Shown one piece after another: positions 26,782 through 35,750 of a stretch of DNA of 64,000 nt (positions are counted from its first letter, which is position 1; every line of letters starts with the position of its first letter). Both the position numbers and the translations under genes were made by a program. Under the pieces are notes generated by a model. That model saw only the letters and a list, made by a program, of their open reading frames with translations, was not told where the DNA came from and made no database searches. The stretch is from a bacterium (GTDB lineage Bacteria; Patescibacteriota; UBA1384; CAILIB01), in assembly GCA_037131105.1 (NCBI GenBank), contig JBAXRQ010000001.1:386039-450038 (forward strand). The letters are read 5' to 3'.

Positions 26782-28295
26782 ACTACCTCGACGACCTCTT
26801 GAACTGGGTGACCATGTATCGTCTCGTGCTGTATTACCTACTTGCCTTGCTGGCGGCTGCCTTTATGCTCTGTCTGTTTGGGGTGCTCCCGTACAGCCCG
26901 TGGACACTGCTGGGATCCATAGTCTGGGTGACGGCGGTAGCCTGGGTGGCCAACTATCTTCTGGCCCGCTATTTCCACGTGGTGGCCAATGTCGAGTCAG
27001 TATATATCACCGCACTTATCCTGGCCCTTATCATTACTCCCCAGGCGACCACTGAGAATTTCCTCTTCCTGGGCTGGGCAGCTGCTCTGGCCATGGCCTC
27101 GAAGTATGTTCTTAGTATTCATAGAAAGCATCTCTTCAACCCTGTCGCCGTAGCAGTGGCGATAACTGCCTTCGGTAGCCAGCAGTCGGCCAGCTGGTGG
27201 GTGGGGACGTCCTCGCTGCTGCCTATTGTGGTCATCGGGGGGATCCTGATAGTGAGGAAGGTCCATCGGGCAGACCTGGCACTGAGCTTTCTGGGGGCAT
27301 CTCTTCTCACGACTGCACTGTTTGGAGTTGTCGGAGGTGCTACTGTGCCGGTGCTCTTGAAGCACCTGCTTACGGATTCGTCACTCTTCTTTTTTGCCTG
27401 CATCATGCTTACCGAGCCGCTTACCACGCCGCCTACCCGCTGGCTGCAGGTGGTCTATGGGGCCTTGGTCGGGTTCCTTTTCGCGCCCCAGGTACATGTG
27501 GCTTCGTTTTACTTTACGCCTGAGCTGGCTCTGCTGGCCGGCAATGTCTTCTCATATGTGGTAAGTCCTAAGTTTCGGCTGCTGCTGACCTTGGAGCGAG
27601 TCGAGAAGATAGGTGATAATTTGTATGATTTTGTATTCAGGCCTGACCGTAAGCTGCGGTTTCAACCTGGACAATACCTGGAATGGACCCTAGGGGTACC
27701 AAAGCCCGATGACCGAGGAAATCGGCGTTACTTTACCATTGCCTCATCGCCTACCGAGGATACGGTGCGCATGGGGGTGAAGTTTTATGAGCCGGCCAGT
27801 AGGTTCAAGTCGGTGCTAGGGACCATGAAGCCCGGCGATACCATGATAGCTTCCCAGCTTTCTGGTGACTTTACTCTGCCTTCCGATCCTAGTCAAAAGC
27901 TCGCCCTGATTGCCGGAGGTATTGGTATTACGCCATTTCGTAGCATGATCAAAAACTTGGTGGATAGTAACCAGTCCCGAGATCTGAAGCTTATATACTC
28001 TAATCGCCATGCCGAGGACGTGGCCTATACCGAGGTGTTCAACGAGGCACAGAAGAAGCTTGGTATCCCGACCGTATATGCTCTGACTGACATAGAGAAG
28101 GTACCTGCCGGCTGGCCGGGACACGTGGGGGCGGTAAACGAGGAGCTTATTCGCCAGGAGCTGCCGGACTTCAAGGAGCGCATGTTCTACCTTTCGGGGC
28201 CTCATGCCATGGTGGTCACGTTCGAGGGTCTACTGAAGGGCATGGGCGTACCGCCACGTCAGATACGGTGTGACTATTTCCCAGGATTTGCATAA
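26778..28295 (+). CDS. Membrane flavoreductase: multi-TM (ferric-reductase/NOX-like) domain fused to an FNR-type FAD/NAD(P)H-binding domain
   Basis: About 230 aa of TM helices with several His. Then RRYFTIASSP (RxYS FAD motif) and GGIGITPFRSM (NAD(P)H GxGxxP). Its start overlaps the apbE stop. Confidence 0.65.
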   Translation: MNYLDDLLNWVTMYRLVLYYLLALLAAAFMLCLFGVLPYSPWTLLGSIVWVTAVAWVANYLLARYFHVVANVESVYITALILALIITPQATTENFLFLGWAAALAMASKYVLSIHRKHLFNPVAVAVAITAFGSQQSASWWVGTSSLLPIVVIGGILIVRKVHRADLALSFLGASLLTTALFGVVGGATVPVLLKHLLTDSSLFFFACIMLTEPLTTPPTRWLQVVYGALVGFLFAPQVHVASFYFTPELALLAGNVFSYVVSPKFRLLLTLERVEKIGDNLYDFVFRPDRKLRFQPGQYLEWTLGVPKPDDRGNRRYFTIASSPTEDTVRMGVKFYEPASRFKSVLGTMKPGDTMIASQLSGDFTLPSDPSQKLALIAGGIGITPFRSMIKNLVDSNQSRDLKLIYSNRHAEDVAYTEVFNEAQKKLGIPTVYALTDIEKVPAGWPGHVGAVNEELIRQELPDFKERMFYLSGPHAMVVTFEGLLKGMGVPPRQIRCDYFPGFA

Positions 28296-28451
28296 GCGAT
28301 AAGGTGCGGGTGCTGAAGAGAAGCCTGACGGTCTCCTTGGAGCATAGTGCTTTAGTCGAGACGGTGGATTCACAGATGGAAGTGGCCAAGCTACAGGCGG
28401 CCATAGGTAAAAAGCAGTGACAAATCAGGGATTTTACCCTATGGTGATCCT

Positions 28452-29132
28452 ATGACCTACGAAGAAATCATTACCGAGCTCAAGGCTGAGGCCAACCCTG
28501 CCAATGTGGAGGGTATGGCACGTTTTGGCATAGCTACGAAAGATACCCTAGGGATCTCTATTCCTTTTGTTTGGGCTCTAGCTAAGCGCATTGGCAAGAA
28601 CCATGACATTGCCGAGCGGCTCTGGCAGTCAGGCATCCACGAGGCTCGCATACTGGCTACTATTGCTGATAAAGCCGAATGGGTTACTCCCGAGCAGATG
28701 GAAAGCTGGGTAAAGGACTTTGACTCCTGGGATGTGTGCGACCAGGCATGCGGAAATCTCTTTTCCTGGACGCCGTTCGCCCATAGCAAGGCAGCCGAAT
28801 GGGCGGTGCGTGAGGAAGAGTTTGTCAGGCGTGCCGGCTTTGCTCTCATGGCAGCTCTCGCCGTACACGACAAGGACTCCAAGGACGCCGCCTTTCAGAA
28901 GTTTCTTCCTCTCATAAGCGAATTCTCAACCGATGACCGTAACTTTGTAAAGAAAGCGGTAAACTGGGCCTTGCGCCAGATCGGCAAGCGCAACAAATTC
29001 CTGCTGAACGAGGCTATCAAGGTGGCCGAGCGCCTCGCCGAAAGCAAGGACGCAGCGGCGCGCTGGATAGGCAAGGACGCAGCGCGCGAGCTGTTGGCGC
29101 GAAAAACGAAATTAGAGAATACCGTCGACTAG
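28452..29132 (+). CDS. DNA alkylation repair enzyme (AlkC/AlkD HEAT-like repeat glycosylase family)
   Basis: ..NPANVEGMARFGI....LWQSGIHEARILAT..SWDVCDQ.. is typical of the AlkD family. Length 226 aa. Confidence 0.7.
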   Translation: MTYEEIITELKAEANPANVEGMARFGIATKDTLGISIPFVWALAKRIGKNHDIAERLWQSGIHEARILATIADKAEWVTPEQMESWVKDFDSWDVCDQACGNLFSWTPFAHSKAAEWAVREEEFVRRAGFALMAALAVHDKDSKDAAFQKFLPLISEFSTDDRNFVKKAVNWALRQIGKRNKFLLNEAIKVAERLAESKDAAARWIGKDAARELLARKTKLENTVD

Positions 29133-29284
29133 GGGTCATGGTATCTGGCTATGGGAGCTAAACTGATTGACAGTTTCCTTCTTTTAGGCTACTGTTGTAC
29201 CACTAGTGCAAGGACCTATTCAATCACCAACAAAAAGCAATATGGCTACTTCATTCTTTTTTCACGAGGAAGCGGAGGATCCCT

Positions 29285-30043
29285 ATGATGCGGGTCATTC
29301 TACCCAGCATCACGACGGCCGGCTCAGCTAAGCATACCTGGAGGGAGTCCCTCAAGGAGCGCACCCGTCTGGAGATAGGGGAGATCGCCCTGTTCCTGAC
29401 CGGTCTTGAGGAGCCAGAGCGGGTAGAGCTGTATGGCCTGCTTGAGACAGAGGCATTATATTTCCCTTTGCAAATCCCTTTTGTACACGCCCGCTCAGAT
29501 ATGTCTGCCTCGGAGTATGACTATCTGATCCGTACCTTTGGTACTCGGCGCTTTAATCTACATCCCGTAAGGGAAGTCCCTTTGCAGAGCCCATTGCCTC
29601 CCCGTCTGCGCAAACTTATTTACATCGAGAATACCACCGGTCTGCGCGAGTCTGATCTGCGCGGCTTTGCCGGAGTCTGTCTTGATGTTTCCCATCTCGA
29701 AGATTACAAGATGTGCGGTGAAGTGGAGACCTTTGCTGACGTGGCCATCATTGCCAAGCAGCACGGTGTCGGTGTTTCCCATGTCAGTGCGGTCAGTCGT
29801 CAGCCGTACCAGTTCAAAGATGGTAGCCTGAGCTATGCGCCTCATCGAGCCTGCTCATTGCAGGAGCTAGATTATCTTAAAAAGTATCCGCGCCGCTTTT
29901 TTGGGGAGATTATGGCTATTGAGCTGAACAACAGCCTGTTCGAGCAGCTGCAAATCAAGGAATATATACAAAACAGTATCCTGAAGACACAGACCCGCGT
30001 CCGCGGTGTCCAGGTGCTTTCAATGCTACCGGAGCTAGGCTAA
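29285..30043 (+). CDS. Divergent xylose-isomerase-like TIM-barrel protein, possibly an endonuclease IV-like AP endonuclease
   Basis: FAGVCLDVSHLEDY resembles Nfo GVCLDTCHAFAAGY. A second His-rich stretch reads VGVSHVSAVSRQ. The match is weak. Confidence 0.35.
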   Translation: MMRVILPSITTAGSAKHTWRESLKERTRLEIGEIALFLTGLEEPERVELYGLLETEALYFPLQIPFVHARSDMSASEYDYLIRTFGTRRFNLHPVREVPLQSPLPPRLRKLIYIENTTGLRESDLRGFAGVCLDVSHLEDYKMCGEVETFADVAIIAKQHGVGVSHVSAVSRQPYQFKDGSLSYAPHRACSLQELDYLKKYPRRFFGEIMAIELNNSLFEQLQIKEYIQNSILKTQTRVRGVQVLSMLPELG

Positions 30044-30054
30044 GTACATGCAAG

Positions 30055-30423
30055 TTAAAGTGGAACGGCGGGCTGGGTTATCCCAGTCCGCTTATTGTAT
30101 TCCCGATACCTACCGCAAACCTGATGATGAAAAAGGTGGCGGTAATGACGATGACTCCGATCACTACGTAGGATCATGGCCCTGGCTTGTTTGGTGCGAC
30201 CAGCATCGCCGCCTGAGGTGATGTAATAGATGCCACCGAGTATGAGGTAGATGACTGCAAAGACCCCGCAGATAAGTAAGAATGGTCTGATGAGCTCATC
30301 CCCGACATGGGGAAGCACGGCTGCAATATCTGCCGGCAGGCTGAAGTGGTTTGAGCCGACTATGGGCAGCTGGTAGGGGAGCGGTGAGACTGAGGGGGAG
30401 GGTGAAATGATCATTAGGGTCAC
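30055..30423 (-). pseudogene. T4SS/TrbC-VirB2-like pilin gene with an apparent +1 frameshift
   Basis: Frame A reads ..ICGVFAVIYLILGGIYYITSGGDAGRTKQARAMI and then turns non-hydrophobic. The +1 frame continues SYVVIGVIVITATFFIIRFAVGIGNTISGLG*, which is the expected C-terminal TM helix of this pilin family. Confidence 0.45.
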
Positions 30424-30462
30424 TCTAGCAGCTGCTTCCGGTTATAGCTATGATCTGGACCC

Positions 30463-30492
30463 TTGACACAAATGTAAAGTATACTTTACAAT
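30463..30492 (+). promoter_or_regulatory. clpC promoter (TTGACA-18-TACAAT) with an embedded 16-bp perfect palindrome operator GTAAAGTATACTTTAC (30474-30489)
   Basis: TTGACA at 30463-30468 and TACAAT at 30487-30492. A perfect inverted repeat overlaps the spacer and the -10 region. Confidence 0.5.
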
Positions 30493-30530
30493 ACAAAACG
30501 AACATATAAAACGTAAAATAATCTTGTCAT

Positions 30531-32903
30531 ATGGCACTTATCTGCGATGTCTGTAAGGTTCGACCGGCTGATGCCCGCGTTGCCTTCCGCTCCGAGACCG
30601 GCATGCGGGTAGTCGATGTGTGCCGTCAGGATTATCATCTGCTGCAGGAGCAGTCTCCTTACGTGAATTTGCCTACTCTAGAAGAAATGGCAAAGGCTGA
30701 CCAAGGCCAGGATGTGCGCGAGCGCTTCTCTGAGGCCTCCCAGGAGGTGCTGGGTGAGGCTGCCAAACAGGCTGCCCAGGCTGGCAGCCGTCGTGTCACC
30801 GCTGAGCATCTGCTCATGGCGCTTACCACTGACGAACTAGCTGAGAACCTGTTGAAAGAACGAGGCATCAAGACCGAGGATGTCCGGGGATTTATCGAGG
30901 CGAACCTGGTGAAGGCGCAGGAGGTGAGCGGCCCTATCGACATGTCGGTGCCGGTGCAGAAGCTGCTCGGCCAGGCAGATGTCATCAGTCGGGAGATGGG
31001 CCAGGACTACGTGGGTCCCGAGCATATGCTCGTGGCCCTTCTGGGCGCCGAAGGCACGGCTGGTGACCTGCTGCGCCGTTACGGATTGAAGCCTGAGTCG
31101 CTGCGCCAGCAGATACTGAAGCGGGTAGATACCGACGTTGCCGAAAGTGCATCAGGTACTCCTACGCTTGACCAATACTCACGTGATCTTACCGCCCTGG
31201 CTGAAGAGGCCAAGCTGGATCCGGTGATCGGTCGGGCAACCGAGATTGAGACGGCAGTTGAGATACTCTCCCGTCGTACCAAGAACAATCCGGTGCTCAT
31301 TGGTGAGCCGGGTGTGGGTAAGACAGCCATCGTCGAGGGCATAGCCCAGAAGATAGTGGCCGACGAGGTGCCCGATACCCTGAAGGGCAAGCGCCTAGTG
31401 GAGCTGAATCTGAATTCGATGATTTCCGGCTCCCGCTACCGGGGTGATTTCGAGGAACGCATGAAAAAGGTGCTCGAGGAGATCGTCTCCCATAAGGACG
31501 AGCTGCTGGTCTTTGTCGACGAGCTGCATACGGTGGTGGGGACGGGAAGCGCCGAGGGCGGCTTGGACGCTGCAAACGTCCTGAAGCCGTCTCTGGCACG
31601 CGGAGACCTGCACCTGATCGGTGCTACAACCCTCAAAGAGTACAAGAAGCACATCGAGAAGGACTCTGCCTTGGAGCGTCGCTTTCAGCCGGTGCTGGTG
31701 GGTGAGCCAAGCCTAGCTGAGGCGACCGCCATCATCCAGGGGCTGAAGCCCCGTTACGAGGAGTTTCACAAGATCACTATCAGCAATGCGGCGGTGGAAG
31801 GCGCCGTCCAGCTGTCTGACAGGTATATCAATGACCGGTTCCTGCCCGACAAGGCCATCGATCTGATGGACCAGGCTGCTGCCCGGGTGCATATTGCTGG
31901 CAAGAAGAAGGAAGTGGTCTTCCAGGATATCGCCCAGATAGTTTCCAAGCTGACCGGCGTGCCAGTGACCGAGCTTGACGCCGAGGAGAGGGAGAGCTTA
32001 CTGAACCTGGAGGAGAAGCTGCACGGCCGGGTAATCGGGCAGGACCAGGCGGTAGATGCTGTGGCACGGGCAGTCCGAATCGCGAGGGCAGGCTTGGCTC
32101 GAAAGAACGCCCCTATCGCCAGCTTCCTGTTTCTGGGGCCCACCGGCGTCGGTAAGACCGAGCTGGCCAAGGCACTGGCTGCATCAGTCTTTGGATCGGA
32201 AGGAGCGATTACTCGCATCGACATGTCAGAGTATATGGAGCGCCACGCCGTGGCCCGGCTGATCGGCTCGCCTCCCGGCTATGTCGGTCACGAGGAGGGC
32301 GGTCAGCTTACCGAGTCCGTACGTCGCAAGCCCTACCAGGTCATCTTGTTGGATGAGATTGAGAAGGCTCATCCCGAGGTATTCAATATATTGCTGCAGC
32401 TGCTGGATGACGGCCGTCTGACCGACGGCCAGGGTAAGACGGTGGACTTCAGTAATGTAATAGTGATAGCCACCAGCAACATCGGCTCGGAGCTACATAA
32501 CCGTTCTGCCACTATCGGCTTTGAACGAGAGGAGCCGGAGGAGGCCAAGGCAAGTGACTCGCTGCGCCAGTATTTCCGTCCCGAACTAGTGAACCGTTTA
32601 GATGAGATTATCACATTCCATTCGCTGAATCAGGAGCAGATTAATCAGATAGTGGGGCTGCAGCTGGCTGGGCTTTCCGAGCGGCTGGTCGAGCAGGGGA
32701 TTACTCCTAGCTGGGACAAGAGCCTGGTAAGATATTTGGCGGAAGCCGGTTTCAATCCTGAATACGGTGCCCGTGAACTACGTCGCCTAATCAAACGCGA
32801 GGTGGAGCCAGTACTGGCTAATGTTCTGCTGGAAAGCAAGCCGAAGAAGGCCCGAAAACTTAAGGTGGCTTACAAACAGGGCAAGGTGACGGTAGGAAAG
32901 TAA
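30531..32903 (+). CDS. clpC: ATP-dependent Clp protease ATP-binding subunit ClpC-like (two AAA+ modules, ClpP-docking IGF loop)
   Basis: Walker A GEPGVGKT and GPTGVGKT. Clp_N repeats. A short linker with no long ClpB M-domain. An IGF loop SATIGFERE. An extra roughly 45-aa N-terminal Cys-containing extension. Confidence 0.8.
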   Translation: MALICDVCKVRPADARVAFRSETGMRVVDVCRQDYHLLQEQSPYVNLPTLEEMAKADQGQDVRERFSEASQEVLGEAAKQAAQAGSRRVTAEHLLMALTTDELAENLLKERGIKTEDVRGFIEANLVKAQEVSGPIDMSVPVQKLLGQADVISREMGQDYVGPEHMLVALLGAEGTAGDLLRRYGLKPESLRQQILKRVDTDVAESASGTPTLDQYSRDLTALAEEAKLDPVIGRATEIETAVEILSRRTKNNPVLIGEPGVGKTAIVEGIAQKIVADEVPDTLKGKRLVELNLNSMISGSRYRGDFEERMKKVLEEIVSHKDELLVFVDELHTVVGTGSAEGGLDAANVLKPSLARGDLHLIGATTLKEYKKHIEKDSALERRFQPVLVGEPSLAEATAIIQGLKPRYEEFHKITISNAAVEGAVQLSDRYINDRFLPDKAIDLMDQAAARVHIAGKKKEVVFQDIAQIVSKLTGVPVTELDAEERESLLNLEEKLHGRVIGQDQAVDAVARAVRIARAGLARKNAPIASFLFLGPTGVGKTELAKALAASVFGSEGAITRIDMSEYMERHAVARLIGSPPGYVGHEEGGQLTESVRRKPYQVILLDEIEKAHPEVFNILLQLLDDGRLTDGQGKTVDFSNVIVIATSNIGSELHNRSATIGFEREEPEEAKASDSLRQYFRPELVNRLDEIITFHSLNQEQINQIVGLQLAGLSERLVEQGITPSWDKSLVRYLAEAGFNPEYGARELRRLIKREVEPVLANVLLESKPKKARKLKVAYKQGKVTVGK

Positions 32904-32920
32904 ACTAGTATAGTGGCGGT

Positions 32921-33256
32921 ATGACCCCCGAAACCATACTTTCCACTACCCTCGGACATATCTCTGGCCTCAAGTCCCGCTCCATGTTTGGAGGCTACGG
33001 ACTGTATAAGGATGGGATTATCGTAGGCATGATAGTCGACGGGATACTCTACTTCAAAGTAGGTGACACGAACCGGACGGATTACGAAGAGCTGGGTGCC
33101 AAGCCGTTTACCTATATGCACAAGGACAAGGGGCCGGTTGCCATGTCTTACTGGGAGGTGCCGGGAAGCGTCCAGGCCGATCCCAAGCTTGTAGAAGTCT
33201 GGCTGGAGAAGTCGTTTGCCATAAGTCTGGCTAAGAAAAAGCTGGTTGCAAAATAG
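32921..33256 (+). CDS. TfoX/Sxy N-terminal domain protein
   Basis: SMFGGYGLYKDGIIVGMIVDGILYFKVGD is the TfoX_N signature. Confidence 0.65.
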   Translation: MTPETILSTTLGHISGLKSRSMFGGYGLYKDGIIVGMIVDGILYFKVGDTNRTDYEELGAKPFTYMHKDKGPVAMSYWEVPGSVQADPKLVEVWLEKSFAISLAKKKLVAK

Positions 33257-33332
33257 GGTCTGATCTGGTATCTTGCCCTAAAACCCTGCACTGCAAAGAT
33301 ACATGTCTTTACGGGCAAGGGAGGAGGCTAAT

Positions 33333-33647
33333 ATGGATAGCACAAAAATAGGGCCACTTGCCCGGGAGTTGGCGTTAATACTCCAGGGTGCAGGAACCAG
33401 TAAGGAGAGAATAAGGCTTCGAAATGAAGCGCTTTCACTCCACTTTCACGCCAGAGTGACCAATTGGGATGACGACAACATCAGCTATGCTGAACCCCCG
33501 GACGGCGTAGAAAACGACAACCTTGCAGCTCACAAGTGGTTTTCAGGAATCTACGGAGCCGCCATTCAAGCAGTCGGCTCCCTTGAGGCTGAGACTGAAG
33601 CTATTGAGGCATATCTTACTCGGCCACCCCAATTGTCCGCGGCTTAG
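33333..33647 (+). CDS. Hypothetical protein
   Basis: An internal ATG is preceded by a GGGAGGAGG RBS. Confidence 0.4.
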   Translation: MDSTKIGPLARELALILQGAGTSKERIRLRNEALSLHFHARVTNWDDDNISYAEPPDGVENDNLAAHKWFSGIYGAAIQAVGSLEAETEAIEAYLTRPPQLSAA

Positions 33648-33776
33648 ATGCCGCCTATTTCCGACTGATCGCCACCCTCACTTCAACAATCGAAGTAGGG
33701 GTGGCGATTTTGCAATGAGTTGAGCTCGTCTTCCGACTCTGATAGTCTGGAGAGGTCATATCAGCTAGCCATTTCT

Positions 33777-34703
33777 ATGCTCAAGGTATTTGGTCACCTC
33801 AACCCAGACACTGACTCCACCTGCTCTGCCATTGCCTATGCCTGGTTTCTAAATGAACAGGCTATGGAGGCCACTCCTTACCTATTGGGTGCTCCCGGCA
33901 AGGAGGCCCTATTCGTGCTGGATCGTTTCAAGCAGTCCCAGCCGGAGATTCTGTCCTCGGTAGGCGAGGGGGATGAGATAGTCATCGTCGATACCAATAA
34001 CCCTGAGGAGTTGCTGGATCTCAGTAAGGCTACCCTGCGAGGGCTGGTGGATCACCACAAGCTGGTCGGAGGCCTTTCTACCTCTGAGCCTGTCGAGATC
34101 ACTATGCGCACCGTCGGCTGTACCGCTACGGTCATCTGGATGCTGATGCAGGAGAAGGGTGTTGAGAAGATCCCGGCTGAGATCGCCGGCCTGATGCTTT
34201 CAGCTATTCTTTCTGACTCCCTGAAGTTCACCAGCCCTACCACTACCGAGACTGACAAAAAGGCCGCCGAGTGGCTGACCGCACAGGCAGGTGTGGATGT
34301 GGACGAGCTGGCCGCCGGCATGTTTGACGCCAAGTCAGATCTCTCGGGTATGTCACCTAAGGACCTGCTGCTTTCGGATAGCAAGGTATTTGATATGGCA
34401 GGCAAGAAGGTGCGCATTTCCAGTCTGGAGACTACCAAGCCCGCCAATGCCCTGGCGATGCGCACGGAACTGGTCGAAGCTATGCAGGCGTTGAAGACCG
34501 AGCAGGGACTGGACGGCGCCTTCTTCTTTATCGTTGATATATTGAGCAGCTCAGCTGAACTGCTGCTGCCTTCCGAGTTTGAGATCTCCGTTGCCGAAAA
34601 GGGCTTTGATAAGACGGCCACCGAGGGACTGATTGAGCTGCCTGGCGTGGTGTCCCGTAAGAAGCAGATGGTTCCTGCTATTGAGAAGGGCCTGGCCTCA
34701 TAA
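33777..34703 (+). CDS. ppaC: Manganese-dependent inorganic pyrophosphatase, family II (DHH-DHHA2)
   Basis: MLKVFGHLNPDTDSTCSAIAYAWF at the N-terminus, the DHH motif LVDHHK, and a DHHA2 C-terminus. I placed the start at the internal ATG that matches the family N-terminus. Confidence 0.8.
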   Translation: MLKVFGHLNPDTDSTCSAIAYAWFLNEQAMEATPYLLGAPGKEALFVLDRFKQSQPEILSSVGEGDEIVIVDTNNPEELLDLSKATLRGLVDHHKLVGGLSTSEPVEITMRTVGCTATVIWMLMQEKGVEKIPAEIAGLMLSAILSDSLKFTSPTTTETDKKAAEWLTAQAGVDVDELAAGMFDAKSDLSGMSPKDLLLSDSKVFDMAGKKVRISSLETTKPANALAMRTELVEAMQALKTEQGLDGAFFFIVDILSSSAELLLPSEFEISVAEKGFDKTATEGLIELPGVVSRKKQMVPAIEKGLAS

Positions 34704-34783
34704 AACGCCAAAGATGGTGTCACGAGAATAATCAAGAATCCTCCCCGCCAGTACGTGGCTAAGAGAGGATTCAGTGATGCGAC

Positions 34784-34972
34784 TTATACGAGCTTGATCT
34801 TACCCTTCTGGCTAGCCCAATGGGCCAGGGGGTAGGCAAGGATGATGAAGCCAGTCCCGACCAGGAAGAAGACTGTATAGGGGTCGACTCCGCTTGTGTA
34901 GTAACTGACCCCGGCTCCACTTGCGAAGCCGACCAATCCCTGGGGAAAACCCTTCTTATTTACTGTTACCAT
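34784..34972 (-). CDS. Small membrane protein (hypothetical)
   Basis: A 62-aa ORF with one or two hydrophobic segments. Weak support. Confidence 0.25.
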   Translation of the reverse strand: MVTVNKKGFPQGLVGFASGAGVSYYTSGVDPYTVFFLVGTGFIILAYPLAHWASQKGKIKLV

Positions 34973-35053
34973 TTAATCTTTCTCCTTGCCACTGCGTATC
35001 TCGCTTATCGTGGCGGGGAAGATTCTATCATGAAACGGGCAAATTGTCAAGGG

Positions 35054-35512
35054 CTAGAGCTGGGTCATCTCAATAATCCGCTTGAAGTGAGCCTTGGATA
35101 CCGGCTGAACCGAGAACCTGCTTCCCTGTTTGATAAGCATCATTCCCTCCAGCTGAGGATCGGCCTTGGCAGCCTTCAGCGTGACGGGATTTTTAAACTT
35201 CTCCACAAAGGCCAGATCAACCAAGGCCCAGATGGGATTCTCAGGAGTGGCCTTGGGATCGTAGTGGTGGTCAGCGGCGTCCAGGGCACTGGCGTCAGGA
35301 TATGACTCGCTGGCCACTTCGGCAACCCCGACCACTGCCATTGGGTTGGTACTGGAATGATAAAAGAGCACCTGGTCGCCGACCTTCATCTGGTCGCGCA
35401 TGTAGTTTCTGGCCTGGTAATTGCGCACACCGTCCCAAGCCGTCTTCTTATCTCGGGCCAGGTCGTCGATGGAGTAGGAGTTCGGTTCGGACTTTACCAG
35501 CCAGTAGCTCAT
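35054..35512 (-). CDS. EVE (PUA-like) domain protein
   Basis: MSYWLVKSEPNSYSIDDL...VLFYHSS...AVVGVAEV is the canonical EVE-domain start. Confidence 0.75.
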   Translation of the reverse strand: MSYWLVKSEPNSYSIDDLARDKKTAWDGVRNYQARNYMRDQMKVGDQVLFYHSSTNPMAVVGVAEVASESYPDASALDAADHHYDPKATPENPIWALVDLAFVEKFKNPVTLKAAKADPQLEGMMLIKQGSRFSVQPVSKAHFKRIIEMTQL

Positions 35513-35750
35513 GATGGTGCAGTTAGGACTTTAGGTTTGCGCTGACTGAAGATTACCCAGGCTGTAGCGACTTCACCCGTTCCGGTTAATGGTAGCAGAT
35601 TGATCTTCAGGGAGCCAAGAAAACGCCGACAAGGCCGTAGTGGGTTAGCCAGGAAATGAGGAGAGCATCCAGATCGTTGGCAGTACGGAAGTATGGACGC
35701 ATACTAAGGCATCACTGGCTTCTCGTCTCCTGCGCCTATACACTATACCT

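Noticed and set aside
29167-29195. Possible promoter TTGACA-17-TACTGT upstream of the Nfo-like gene
   Set aside because: The -35 is perfect but the -10 matches only 3 of 6 positions. It is too weak to list as a feature without TSS data.
31766-32224. 152-aa and other minus-strand ORFs inside clpC
   Set aside because: They are antisense to a gene with two complete AAA+ modules.
34052-34735. 227-aa minus-strand ORF antisense to ppaC
   Set aside because: ppaC has the DHH/DHHA2 motifs. The antisense ORF is Ser/Ala-rich low-complexity sequence.
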